Shown piece after piece: positions 1 through 9,619 of a stretch of 64,000 bases of DNA. The stretch's first letter is position 1; each line of letters begins with the position of its first letter. The notes beneath the pieces were generated by a model. The model saw nothing but the letters and a program-made list of their open reading frames with translations, was not told the DNA's origin and made no database searches. Made by a program: the position numbers and the translations under genes. This DNA is from an uncultured Elusimicrobia bacterium (lineage in GTDB: Bacteria > Elusimicrobiota > Endomicrobiia > DTEH01): NCBI GenBank assembly GCA_964561135.1, contig CAZLOB010000054.1, positions 22,429-86,428 of the forward strand. The letters are read 5' to 3'.

Positions 1-195
1 CTTCATCCACAATTTTTTTCTTGACCTACTATAAAAATGTACTTTTTTTGTCTTAATAGTTTCTATAATAGCATCTTTATTCATATAAGCAACCATCAAA
101 ACTTTGTTATCTCTATAATCTTGTATAACAGCAGGAATAAGTCCATTTTGGTCAAACTTAATTTGTTCTATAAACTCTAAAATTTTCTTATTCAT
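1..195 (-). CDS. hisI: Phosphoribosyl-AMP cyclohydrolase, N-terminal part. The gene continues beyond the window start.
   Basis: Reverse translation from 195 gives MNKKILEFIEQIKFDQNGLIPAVIQDYRDNKVLMVAYMNKDAIIETIKTKKVHFYSRSRKKLW. This matches the HisI N-terminus (GLIPAVVQD...YMNxEAL...YSRSR..LW). The ATG overlaps the hisA stop (ATGA). Confidence 0.7.
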   Translation of the reverse strand, partial: MNKKILEFIEQIKFDQNGLIPAVIQDYRDNKVLMVAYMNKDAIIETIKTKKVHFYSRSRKKLWMK

Positions 196-926
196 ATACT
201 ACATACTCGTTGTGCTTCTTCAAAAGATAGAGTTTCAGCGTATAAGGCTTTGCCAATAACCACACCTTTAACACCATAATTTTCAAACTCTTTTATTTTT
301 TTAACATCTTCAATAGTTGTTACTCCACCAGAAAGAATTATTTCTAAACCAAACTCTTTTATTTCATCTAAATATTTTTTAATTTTTTCAATATCCACAC
401 CTTCAAGCATACCTTCTTTGTCAATATCTGTTATTATTATCTTGTCAACACCTAAATCCACAACTTTTTGGACAAACTCTTTAAGTGTAATAGGAACAGT
501 GTCTTTCCATCCACCAATCGAAATTTTACCCTCTTTTACATCACATGCTACAACAATTTTACCTTTAAACTCTTTTATTATTTTTTTAGCTTCTTCAGGT
601 TTAGTTAACAATATCGTACTTATTATTATTCTGTCAATACCAATTTTATCAAGTTTTTTAACCACAGATAATTTTCTTACTCCACCACCAAACTGTATCG
701 GTATTGTTAAACTTTTACGAATTTTTTTAATCAAATCCCACTGTTGTACACATCCTGTATATGCACCATCTAAATCTATTAAGTGAAGAATCTTTGCGCC
801 ACGTGATTGCCACAAACGTGCAATAAATACAGGATCGTTAGAATAAATTGTTTCTTGGTCAATCCTTCCTTGGGTAAGACGAACACATTTACCTTGATGT
901 ATATCGACCGCAGGGATTACTAACAT
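192..926 (-). CDS. hisA: ProFAR isomerase (1-(5-phosphoribosyl)-5-[(5-phosphoribosylamino)methylideneamino]imidazole-4-carboxamide isomerase)
   Basis: 244 aa. The N-terminus LVIPAVDIHQGKCVRLTQG and the C-terminal SGGVTTIEDV motif are typical of the HisA/HisF TIM-barrel. It sits immediately upstream of hisI. Confidence 0.85.
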   Translation of the reverse strand: MLVIPAVDIHQGKCVRLTQGRIDQETIYSNDPVFIARLWQSRGAKILHLIDLDGAYTGCVQQWDLIKKIRKSLTIPIQFGGGVRKLSVVKKLDKIGIDRIIISTILLTKPEEAKKIIKEFKGKIVVACDVKEGKISIGGWKDTVPITLKEFVQKVVDLGVDKIIITDIDKEGMLEGVDIEKIKKYLDEIKEFGLEIILSGGVTTIEDVKKIKEFENYGVKGVVIGKALYAETLSFEEAQRVCSI

Positions 927-928
927 AA

Positions 929-2302
929 TTATACCTGTTCGTATATATATTTTTGCAAGAAATTTGTTGAAATATCGCCTTCTATAAATGCTTGTGTCTG
1001 CAAGACCTTCTTATGGAAAGGAATTGTTGTTTTTATACCACTAATTTTAAACTCGTCTAAAGCACGCATCATTTTTTTTATCGCATTGTTTCTATTCCCA
1101 GCTACTACAATAAGTTTTGCTATCAAAGAATCATAAAATGTTGGTATAGTATATCCTTGATAGATATGTGTATCTACTCGTACACCGTTACCACCAGGAA
1201 GGATAAGCCACTCAATTTTACCAGGCGACGGTATAAAATCTTTATCAGGATCTTCAGCATTTATTCTACATTCTATTGCATGCCCTGCTATTGATATATC
1301 ATCTGAGGAAAAACTTATTTTTTCTCCGGAAGCGATCAGAATCTGTTCTTTTATTAAATCTAATCCTTTTTTCTTTTTTATTAAAGAAACCATTTCTGTT
1401 ACTGGATGTTCAACTTGTATCCTTGTATTCATTTCCATAAAATAAAAATTTCCTTTTTTATCCATTATAAATTCTACTGTACCCGCGGATACATATTCAA
1501 TCTCTTCACAAAGTCTTACTGCAGCACGGCCTAAATGCCTTCTTAACCTTTCATCAACTATAACACATGGACTTTCTTCTATAAGTTTCTGATGTCTTCT
1601 TTGTACAGAACAATCTCTTTCTGGAAAGTATACAATATTTCCTTTTTTATCAGCTAAAACTTGTACTTCAACATGTTTTGGTTCTTCAATATATTTTTCA
1701 ATATATACTTTATCTGAACCAAAAGCTTTTTTTGATTCCTCCATCGCAGTAAGTAAAGCAACCTTAAATGTTTCTAACGAATGTACGATACGCATCCCTT
1801 TACCACCACCACCATGCGCAGCTTTAATAATAATAGGGAAACCTATCTTTTTAACTTCTTTTAGAAGTGCTGGATCGTCAGGATTACTAATCGCTTCTTC
1901 TATTCCAGGTACTACCGGCACACCAGCTTTTTTAGCAGTAAGTTTTGCTACAATTTTATCACCCATTTTTTCAATATTTTCTTTTGTTGGACCAACAAAA
2001 GTTATCCCACAGGCTTCACAAACATCAGCAAAATTTGGATTTTCAGACAAAAACCCGTATCCTGGGTGGATTGCATCAGCACCTGTTGCTTCACATGCAG
2101 CAATTATGTTCGGTATCGAAAGATAACTATCAGTAGCAGGAGCAGGACCTATACAAATTTTTTCATCTGCGAGTATTGTATGCAAACAATCTCTATCTGC
2201 ATCAGAATAAATTGCTACTGTTTTTATACCGAGTTCTTTTGCAGCGCGGATAACACGTACTGCTATCTCACCTCTGTTTGCAACTAAAAGTTTTTTTATC
2301 AT
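929..2302 (-). CDS. accC: Biotin carboxylase subunit of acetyl-CoA carboxylase
   Basis: 457 aa. It starts MIKKLLVANRGEIAVRVIRAAKELGIKTVAIYSDADRD and has an ATP-grasp region with glycine-rich loop KAAHGGGGKGMRIV. The start codon overlaps the accB stop (ATGA). Confidence 0.9.
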   Translation of the reverse strand: MIKKLLVANRGEIAVRVIRAAKELGIKTVAIYSDADRDCLHTILADEKICIGPAPATDSYLSIPNIIAACEATGADAIHPGYGFLSENPNFADVCEACGITFVGPTKENIEKMGDKIVAKLTAKKAGVPVVPGIEEAISNPDDPALLKEVKKIGFPIIIKAAHGGGGKGMRIVHSLETFKVALLTAMEESKKAFGSDKVYIEKYIEEPKHVEVQVLADKKGNIVYFPERDCSVQRRHQKLIEESPCVIVDERLRRHLGRAAVRLCEEIEYVSAGTVEFIMDKKGNFYFMEMNTRIQVEHPVTEMVSLIKKKKGLDLIKEQILIASGEKISFSSDDISIAGHAIECRINAEDPDKDFIPSPGKIEWLILPGGNGVRVDTHIYQGYTIPTFYDSLIAKLIVVAGNRNNAIKKMMRALDEFKISGIKTTIPFHKKVLQTQAFIEGDISTNFLQKYIYEQV

Positions 2303-2766
2303 ACTTTCTCTTTCTCTTCCTCTTCTAATTCCAAAACAATTAACGGCTGTTTATATTCTACAAATTGTCCATCTTCAACTAAAATTTTTTTCACAACACC
2401 ATTTTTTTGTGAAACAACATCTCTAAACATACGCATTGTTTCTATGATAGCAACTTTTTGTCCTTGTTTAACTTTCATACCAACAAAAATAAATGGAGGA
2501 TGATCTTGTGAAACAGACAACAAAAACTTTCCTACCATTGGTGAAGTGATTATAAACTCTTTTTTTTCTTCTGTTTGTTGCTCAATTTTAGCTTCTATTG
2601 TTTCTTTTTTAACATTCAGAGTTTCTTGCGTAGGGGCAGGAATATTTAATAACTCTCTACGTTTCAACAAAATTTTTTCGCCATCAGGTGATACAATTTC
2701 TAATTCTTCAATATCTGTTGTAGATAAAAAGTCTATGTATTTTTTTAATTCTTCTAAAGATATCAT
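2299..2766 (-). CDS. accB: Biotin carboxyl carrier protein (BCCP) with an atypical biotinylation motif (ETMRMF instead of EAMKMM)
   Basis: 155 aa. The C-terminal biotinyl/lipoyl-type domain SPMVGKF...VGMKVKQGQKVAIIETMRMFRDVVSQKNGVVKKILVEDGQFVEYKQPLIVLE aligns with E. coli BCCP (SPMVGTF...[40 protein letters not shown]). The gene is directly coupled to accC. Confidence 0.8.
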   Translation of the reverse strand: MISLEELKKYIDFLSTTDIEELEIVSPDGEKILLKRRELLNIPAPTQETLNVKKETIEAKIEQQTEEKKEFIITSPMVGKFLLSVSQDHPPFIFVGMKVKQGQKVAIIETMRMFRDVVSQKNGVVKKILVEDGQFVEYKQPLIVLELEEEEKEKV

Positions 2767-2790
2767 AAAATAATTTTTTTGAAAATTTAT

Positions 2791-5559
2791 CTATTTTTTC
2801 TTTTCCACCACAGCTTGTGCAGCAGCAAGTATTGCTAATGGCACTCTATATGGTGAACAAGAAACATAATCCATACCTACTTTATAACAGAACTTAACAG
2901 ATTCAGGATCACCTCCTTGTTCACCACAGATACCTATCTTAAGTTTTGGTTTTACTTTCCTACCTTTTTGTATAGCAATTTTAATAAACTCTCCAATACC
3001 TTCAAAATCTATTGTTTGGAACGGATCTTTTGATAATATATTTTTTTCAAGATATTTTGGTAAAAATGAACCGATATCATCTCGCGAAAAACCAAATCCC
3101 ATCTGTGTTAAATCGTTTGTACCAAAAGAAAAGAATTCACATTCTTGTGCCATTTTGTCTGCAACGATACATGCACGTGGTATTTCAATCATTGTCCCTA
3201 CAACTAAAGGTAGTTTCTTTTTATCAAGTTTAAACTTTTCCAACACTTCTTGATAAACTTTTTCAATAATTTTCTTCTGATCAACAATTTCTTTTTCAGT
3301 TGATGTTACAGGTATCATAATTTCAGGCATTGCTTTTTTACCTTGTTTTACAAGTTCAGCTGCTGCTTCAAGTATTGCACGGACTTGATATTCGGTAACT
3401 TCAGGATATGAAATACCTAACCTTACACCTCTGTGCCCCATCATCGGGTTAACTTCAAACAACTTTGTAGTACGTGCTTCAAATTCTTCTTCGGTAATAC
3501 CAAGATCTTTTATTAATTTTTCTCTTTCATCTTTTCTTTTTGGGATAAACTCATGCAAAGGCGGATCTAATAATCTTATTGTAACAGGTAAACCTTCCAT
3601 TACCTCTAAAGTTTTTTTAATATCTTCTTTCATATATGGATAAAGTTCGTCAAGTGCTTTTCTTCTTTCTTCTTCATTAACAGCAACTATCATCTTTCTT
3701 AAAATAAACAAAGGTTTCTCTGACCCTTCACCATAAAACATATGTTCTGTCCTAAACAACCCGATCCCTTCTGCACCGAAAATCCTCGCTTTTTTAGCAT
3801 CTTCAGGTGTGTCAGCATTTGTTCTTACACCAAGTTTTCTTATTTTATTACACAATTTCATAAATTCTACAAAATACGGGTTTTCTTCAGCTGCTTTTAT
3901 AAGTGGAAGTTGACCTAAATAAACATTACCTTTGGTACCATTTAATGTAATCCAGTCTCCCTCTTTAACAACCACATCTTTAACTCTAAATTCTTTCTTT
4001 TCATAATCAATATGTATATCTCCAGCTCCAACGATACAACATTTACCCCAACCACGTGCCACTAACGCTGCATGCGATGTCATTCCACCACGTGCTGTAA
4101 GAATTCCAACTGCTGCACGCATACCTTCAACATCCTCAGGATTTGTTTCTTCTCTTACAAGGATAACCTTATGTCCTTTTTTAGTCCATTCCACTGCATC
4201 GTTTGCTGTAAAGACAACTTGTCCTACAGCACCACCGGGCCCCGCAGGTAAACCTTTTGCTAAAACCTTTACTTCTTTTTCTTTCATAGGATCAACAATA
4301 GGATGTAAAAGTTCATCAAGCTGTGATGGTGACACACGCATAACAGCCTCTTCAGCAGAAATCAATTTCTCTTTATACATCTCCACTGCCATTCTTACCG
4401 CTGCAGGACCATTTCTTTTACCAACTCTGCATTGCAACATCCATAGTTTACCTTTTTCAATTGTAAATTCGATATCTAACATATCGCGATAATGTTTTTC
4501 TAGCCTTTTACAAATATCTTCAAGTTGTTTATAAATTTCAGGGAACTGTTTCTCAAGCGAAGGTAAATCTTTACTATGTTCAGTTCTTGAATATTCGTTT
4601 ACAGGATATGGTGTTCTTATGCCTGCTACAACATCTTCACCTTGTGCGTTTGGTAACCATTCACCATAAAATTTATTTTCTCCAGTTGCTGGATTACGAG
4701 TAAACCCTACACCAGTCCCCGAATCATCCCCCATATTACCAAAAACCATTGCTTGAACATTTACTGCGGTACCCCAGTCATCAGGAATGCCTTCTATTCT
4801 TCTATATGCAACTGCACGTTTCCCGTTCCAACTTAAAAATACTGCTCGTATTCCACCCCAAAGTTGTTCATAAGGATCTTCTGGAAATTCCCTTCCTAAA
4901 ACTTCTTTCACTTTCTTTTTATAAATTTTAACAAGTTCTTTTAAATCTTCAGCAGTAAGTTCTGTGTCAAGTTTCACACCTTTTTTTTGTTTCATTTTCT
5001 CAAGTTCTTTCTCTAATTGTTGTCTTATTCCTTTACCTTCTTCGGGTTCAATACCTTCTGCTTTTTCCATTACTACATCAGCATACATTTGTATTAACCT
5101 ACGGTATGCATCGTAGACAAACCGTGGGTTGTTTGTTTGTTTTATTAACCCTTTTGCAGTTTCGTCATTAAGACCAATATTAAGCACAGTTTCCATCATA
5201 CCAGGCATTGACTTTCTTGCACCAGAACGAACTGATACCAAAAGTGGATTCTCTGGGTCACCAAACTTTCTACCCATTATTGACTCAATATGTTTCAACC
5301 CTTGCATTACTTGTTCTTTTAACCCAGGTGGATATTTTTGGTTGTTTTTAAAAAAATATGTGCATACTTCCGTAGTGATTGTGAACCCTGCAGGAACTGG
5401 AAGTCTTAAATCTTTATGTCCAGCCATTTCAGCAAGGTTTGCTCCTTTACCACCAAGAAGATTCTTCATCTTCTCATTTCCGTCTGCTTTACCACCACCA
5501 AAAAGATATACATATTTTGGTACTTTTTTAGATTTTTTTTGTTTCATAAAAACCTCCAC
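2791..5559 (-). CDS. ppdK: Pyruvate, phosphate dikinase
   Basis: 922 aa. The N-terminus reads YLFGGGKADGNEKMKNLLGGKGANLAEMAGH. The phosphohistidine region GGMTSHAALVARGWGKCCIVG and the C-terminal PEP-utilising TIM barrel (NDLTQ..., CGEQGGDP) are present. The true start may be Met5 (5547). Confidence 0.9.
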   Translation of the reverse strand: MEVFMKQKKSKKVPKYVYLFGGGKADGNEKMKNLLGGKGANLAEMAGHKDLRLPVPAGFTITTEVCTYFFKNNQKYPPGLKEQVMQGLKHIESIMGRKFGDPENPLLVSVRSGARKSMPGMMETVLNIGLNDETAKGLIKQTNNPRFVYDAYRRLIQMYADVVMEKAEGIEPEEGKGIRQQLEKELEKMKQKKGVKLDTELTAEDLKELVKIYKKKVKEVLGREFPEDPYEQLWGGIRAVFLSWNGKRAVAYRRIEGIPDDWGTAVNVQAMVFGNMGDDSGTGVGFTRNPATGENKFYGEWLPNAQGEDVVAGIRTPYPVNEYSRTEHSKDLPSLEKQFPEIYKQLEDICKRLEKHYRDMLDIEFTIEKGKLWMLQCRVGKRNGPAAVRMAVEMYKEKLISAEEAVMRVSPSQLDELLHPIVDPMKEKEVKVLAKGLPAGPGGAVGQVVFTANDAVEWTKKGHKVILVREETNPEDVEGMRAAVGILTARGGMTSHAALVARGWGKCCIVGAGDIHIDYEKKEFRVKDVVVKEGDWITLNGTKGNVYLGQLPLIKAAEENPYFVEFMKLCNKIRKLGVRTNADTPEDAKKARIFGAEGIGLFRTEHMFYGEGSEKPLFILRKMIVAVNEEERRKALDELYPYMKEDIKKTLEVMEGLPVTIRLLDPPLHEFIPKRKDEREKLIKDLGITEEEFEARTTKLFEVNPMMGHRGVRLGISYPEVTEYQVRAILEAAAELVKQGKKAMPEIMIPVTSTEKEIVDQKKIIEKVYQEVLEKFKLDKKKLPLVVGTMIEIPRACIVADKMAQECEFFSFGTNDLTQMGFGFSRDDIGSFLPKYLEKNILSKDPFQTIDFEGIGEFIKIAIQKGRKVKPKLKIGICGEQGGDPESVKFCYKVGMDYVSCSPYRVPLAILAAAQAVVEKKK

Positions 5560-5614
5560 TCCTTTCTATATAAAACTTAAGAGTTTTTTGAAATATAAAA
5601 TTTAGTTTTTATTG

Positions 5615-6544
5615 TCAACAATTATTTTTGAAATATTCTATTGTAAGTTTTAAACCTTTTTCTAACGGAACCTTTGGTTCCCAATTTAATAACTTTTTTG
5701 CTTTTGTAATATCAGGTTGTCTTTGTTTTGGGTCATCTTGTGGCAATGGTTTGAAAACAATTTTGCTTTTTGAATTTGTAAGTTTTTTTATCAAATAAGC
5801 AAAATCTATTATTCTTATTTCCTGTGGATTACCAAGATTTATTGGTTCAGGTACATCTTTAAACAACAATTTGTAGATCCCTTCAACCAAATCTGAGATA
5901 TAACAAAACGACCTTGTCTGTGTACCATCGCCATAGACAGTAATTGGTTTGTTTTTCAATGCTTGATAGATGAAGTTTGGCACAACTCTACCATCATTAA
6001 GACGCATTCTCGGACCATAGGTGTTAAAAATTCTTACTATTCTTATTGACATTTTATGGTATCTATGGTACGCCATTGTTAGCGCTTCAGCGAAACGTTT
6101 TGCTTCGTCGTATACACCTCGTGGACCTATAGGATTGACATTTCCCCAGTATGATTCAGGTTGCGGGTTCACTAACGGATCACCATAAACTTCAGATGTT
6201 GATGCAAGCATAAAGATTGCTTTTTTTTCTTTAGCTAAACCTAACGCTTTATGAGTACCTAACGCACCTACTTTAAGTGTTTGTATAGGATATTTCAAAT
6301 AATCAACAGGTGATGCTGGTGAAGCAAAATGTAATACAGCATCAATTTTACCTGGTACATGAATATAATTTGTTACATCATGTTTTATAAACAAAAATCT
6401 TTCATTACCAAAAAGATGTTCGATATTTTTAATATTCCCTGTAATCAAATTATCAATACCAATAACATAATGTTTCTTTTTAACAAAATAATCGCATAAA
6501 TGTGACCCTATAAATCCTGCTGCACCTGTTATTACTACTCTCAT
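5615..6544 (-). CDS. UDP-glucuronate decarboxylase (UDP-xylose synthase); NAD-dependent epimerase/dehydratase family
   Basis: 309 aa. It has the Rossmann motif [13 protein letters not shown], the YDEAKR catalytic motif and the UXS-like stretch [18 protein letters not shown]. It overlaps the upstream ugd by 4 nt. Confidence 0.7.
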   Translation of the reverse strand: MRVVITGAAGFIGSHLCDYFVKKKHYVIGIDNLITGNIKNIEHLFGNERFLFIKHDVTNYIHVPGKIDAVLHFASPASPVDYLKYPIQTLKVGALGTHKALGLAKEKKAIFMLASTSEVYGDPLVNPQPESYWGNVNPIGPRGVYDEAKRFAEALTMAYHRYHKMSIRIVRIFNTYGPRMRLNDGRVVPNFIYQALKNKPITVYGDGTQTRSFCYISDLVEGIYKLLFKDVPEPINLGNPQEIRIIDFAYLIKKLTNSKSKIVFKPLPQDDPKQRQPDITKAKKLLNWEPKVPLEKGLKLTIEYFKNNC

Positions 6545-7836
6545 ACATCACTCCTTCTTCCAACACATTTATAGATAAATCCTAATTTAGTCATTTTCTT
6601 TGGGTCAAAAATATTTCTTCCGTCAATTATAATCGGTTGGTTAAGTAATTTTTTTACTTTTTTTAAATCGAGTTTTTTAAACTCTGGCCATTCTGTAAGT
6701 ATCACCAAACAATCACTGTTTTTTGCAACTTCATACGGATTATCACAATATTCTATATCTGGGAAAATTTGTTTCATTTTTTGTATTGCTTTAGGATCAT
6801 ATGCTTTAATTTTTGCACCTTTTTGTTTTAATGTTTTTATTATATAAATTGATGGTGCTTCACGAATGTCATCAGTGTTTGGTTTAAAAGAAAGTCCTAA
6901 AATACCTATCATCTTTTCTTTTAAAATCCATAATGTATCTTCAATTTTTTTGGCAAAAAGTTCTTTTTGTTTTTCATTAATTTTTTTTACTTCTTTAAGT
7001 AAAGAGAAATCATAGCCAAGTTTTTCAGAGATCCATATAAACGCATCAACATCTTTCGGAAAACAACTACCACCATAACCTACACCTGCTTTAAGAAAAT
7101 CTTTACCAATTCTTTTATCTAACCCCATACCTAAAGCAACTTTTTCAACATCTGCACCACTTAGTTCACATATATTTGCCACTGCATTAATAAACGATAT
7201 TTTTGTTGCTAAAAACGAGTTTGAAGCATGTTTTATAAGTTCAGCACTTTTTGTATCAACTATAATTTTAGGCGATTTTATTTTTTGGTACAGTTTTAAC
7301 ATAATTTTTTTTGCTTTTTCTGATTCAACCCCAATAACAATCCTGTCCGGATACAAAAAATCTTTAACTGCAGAACCTTCTCTTAAAAACTCAGGATTTG
7401 AAACAACATCAAATTCAACATTATTTTTTTTATATCTTTGGATTGTTTTTTTTATCCATTCAGCTGTTTCAACTGGCACCGTAGATTTTTCAACAACAAC
7501 TTTGTAACTATCCAAATATTTTGCAATTTCTTTTGCTACATCTTCAACATAACTTAAATCTGGAGAACCATCAGGATTTGATGGTGTACCTACACAAATA
7601 AAAATTACTTCATTACTAACAACAGCATCTTTTATATCAATGGAAAACTTTATTCTTTTTTTATTTTTTTTAATAAGTTTATCTAAGTTTGGTTCAAAAA
7701 TAGGTAGTTTTCCTGAAAACAATTTCTTTATTTTTTCTTCATCGTTATCAACACAAACTACTGTATGTCCAAGTTCAGCAAGACACACACCTGTTGTTAA
7801 TCCTACATATCCACACCCTATAACTCCTACTTTCAT
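6541..7836 (-). CDS. ugd: UDP-glucose 6-dehydrogenase
   Basis: 431 aa. It has the [19 protein letters not shown]-binding N-terminus and the catalytic-Cys region GGSCFPKDV. Confidence 0.85.
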   Translation of the reverse strand: MKVGVIGCGYVGLTTGVCLAELGHTVVCVDNDEEKIKKLFSGKLPIFEPNLDKLIKKNKKRIKFSIDIKDAVVSNEVIFICVGTPSNPDGSPDLSYVEDVAKEIAKYLDSYKVVVEKSTVPVETAEWIKKTIQRYKKNNVEFDVVSNPEFLREGSAVKDFLYPDRIVIGVESEKAKKIMLKLYQKIKSPKIIVDTKSAELIKHASNSFLATKISFINAVANICELSGADVEKVALGMGLDKRIGKDFLKAGVGYGGSCFPKDVDAFIWISEKLGYDFSLLKEVKKINEKQKELFAKKIEDTLWILKEKMIGILGLSFKPNTDDIREAPSIYIIKTLKQKGAKIKAYDPKAIQKMKQIFPDIEYCDNPYEVAKNSDCLVILTEWPEFKKLDLKKVKKLLNQPIIIDGRNIFDPKKMTKLGFIYKCVGRRSDV

Positions 7837-8309
7837 CTCAAAACTCCTTCTATCATAGTATCAACTAACTTTTTTGTTTCTTTGCTTATTTTTGTGCCAA
7901 TTTTTAAAGACTGAGGTTTTATTGCCAAAACAAAAAACTGTGTGTTATCCAGTTCTTTTTCTAAAAATTCAATTATTGTAGTTAAAGATATATTATGTGT
8001 TGAAAAAGTTATATTTTGTATTTCATTTTTCTCTAATAATAAACAAGGATGACATGTTTCTATAGAACGATATGCATCCACAAAAATAACTACTTCTGGT
8101 TCTAATTTCAAAATTTTACTAAGATAGTTTTCTAAACACAATCCTGCGTTAATAAAATTTACATTATAATTTTTTATTTTTTTTGACAACTGTTCAACAA
8201 AATAACATCCTACACCATCGTCACTTTTCAATGTATTACCTATACCTACGAAAACAACTTTTTTATTTTTTATAAAATCTTTAATAACAGATATTGGTTC
8301 TGTATTCAT
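7833..8309 (-). CDS. Hydrogenase maturation endopeptidase family protein (HycI/HyaD/HybD-like)
   Basis: 158 aa. It has the family signature VVFVGIGNTLKSDDGVGCYF (GxGNxxxxDDGxG) and later acidic and His positions (FVDAY...HNISL). No hydrogenase structural gene is present in the window. Confidence 0.55.
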   Translation of the reverse strand: MNTEPISVIKDFIKNKKVVFVGIGNTLKSDDGVGCYFVEQLSKKIKNYNVNFINAGLCLENYLSKILKLEPEVVIFVDAYRSIETCHPCLLLEKNEIQNITFSTHNISLTTIIEFLEKELDNTQFFVLAIKPQSLKIGTKISKETKKLVDTMIEGVLR

Positions 8310-9325
8310 TAAAAATCGTATGGATATTTAAAAATTCCTTCCTCAGTAACAATTGCTGTTATTAACTTAGCAGGTGTAACATCAAACGCTGGATGCAAAA
8401 CTTTTGCAGATTTTAATGTTATTAATTTGTTATTTATATACTTTACTTCATCTTCGGAACGTTGTTCAATTTTTATCTTTTCACCTGTAGGAATATTTCT
8501 ATCAATACTAGAAGTTGGTGCTACAACATAAAATGGAATATTATGATATTTTGCTAAAACAGCAAGTGTGTAAGTACCAATTTTGTTTGCTGTATCACCA
8601 TTTTTTGCAATTCTATCCGCTCCAACTATAATACAGTCGACTTTTTTTTCTTTTATAACATATCCTGCCATGTTATCCGTTATCATACAACATGGCACAC
8701 CATTAAACATAAGTTCAAACATTGTTAATCGTGCTCCTTGTAAATATGGTCTTGTTTCATCGACATAGACAAAACTGATTTTTTTACGTTTGTATCCTTC
8801 AATTATAACACCTAACGCGCTACCTATATCAGCACATGCTAATACTCCTGTATTACAATGTGTTAACACACAAGAATTTTTTTTAAGCAACTTTATACCG
8901 TTTTCAACTATTTTTTCTAACGACTTTTTATTCTCCTGCCTTATTTTTTCAACTTCTTTAAATAGTAATTTTAAATTTTTTTTATCAAGTTTATCTTTTG
9001 GTATTTTTAGTAAAAAATTTTTGATTCTGTTGACCACATATGATATGTTATAAGCTGTGGGTCGGCAGGAAATAAACTCTTGTGCAACTTTCGTTATATA
9101 ATCTTTAAAATCTTTACCTTTATAGGTTTTAACTGCTAAATACATTCCATAGCCACTTATAATACCTATTGCAGGTGCACCACGTATAACCATATCTTTA
9201 ATACATTTTATCACATCTTTATATGTATCACATTTAATATATACTTTTTTAAATGGAAGTTTCCTTTGGTCAAGGACAAAAATTGAATCTCCTTTAAATA
9301 TGAAAGGGGATAAAACAGAAGACAT
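8309..9325 (-). CDS. mtnA: Methylthioribose-1-phosphate isomerase family protein (eIF-2B alpha/beta/delta-like)
   Basis: 338 aa. The N-terminus VLDQRKLPFKKVYIKCDTYKDVIKCIKDMVIRGAPAIGIISGYG is typical of MtnA. The catalytic-Cys region THCNTG and the IVGADRIAKNGDTANKIGTY region are conserved. Confidence 0.65.
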   Translation of the reverse strand: MSSVLSPFIFKGDSIFVLDQRKLPFKKVYIKCDTYKDVIKCIKDMVIRGAPAIGIISGYGMYLAVKTYKGKDFKDYITKVAQEFISCRPTAYNISYVVNRIKNFLLKIPKDKLDKKNLKLLFKEVEKIRQENKKSLEKIVENGIKLLKKNSCVLTHCNTGVLACADIGSALGVIIEGYKRKKISFVYVDETRPYLQGARLTMFELMFNGVPCCMITDNMAGYVIKEKKVDCIIVGADRIAKNGDTANKIGTYTLAVLAKYHNIPFYVVAPTSSIDRNIPTGEKIKIEQRSEDEVKYINNKLITLKSAKVLHPAFDVTPAKLITAIVTEEGIFKYPYDF

Positions 9326-9352
9326 CTTTGTTTTTTATCCTTTTTAAGCAAG

Positions 9353-9619
9353 TTATGGGATAGAATCTAAAAGTTCTTTAATCTCCTCGTTTGACTTACC
9401 TTCAATTTCAATAGTTTTTTCTTTTCCCCTATGCCCTTTTCTTAAATACACATCTTTAAGTTTAACACCAAAATATTCAGCAATAATTTTTTTTATAAGT
9501 TCGTTTGTTTCATCACTTTTAACATCTTTTGTTGTAACACACACTCGTAAAACCGTTCCTATTCGTGAAACAATTTCATTATATTTCGAATTAGGTAAAA
9601 CTCTTACTTTTATTATCAT
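9353..9619 (-). CDS. YggU/DUF167 (UPF0235) family small protein
   Basis: 88 aa. The pattern IKVRVLPNSKYNEIV...LRVCVTTKDVKSDETNELIKKIIAEYFGVKLKDVYLRKGHRGKEKTIEIEG matches the YggU family layout. Confidence 0.55.
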   Translation of the reverse strand: MIIKVRVLPNSKYNEIVSRIGTVLRVCVTTKDVKSDETNELIKKIIAEYFGVKLKDVYLRKGHRGKEKTIEIEGKSNEEIKELLDSIP

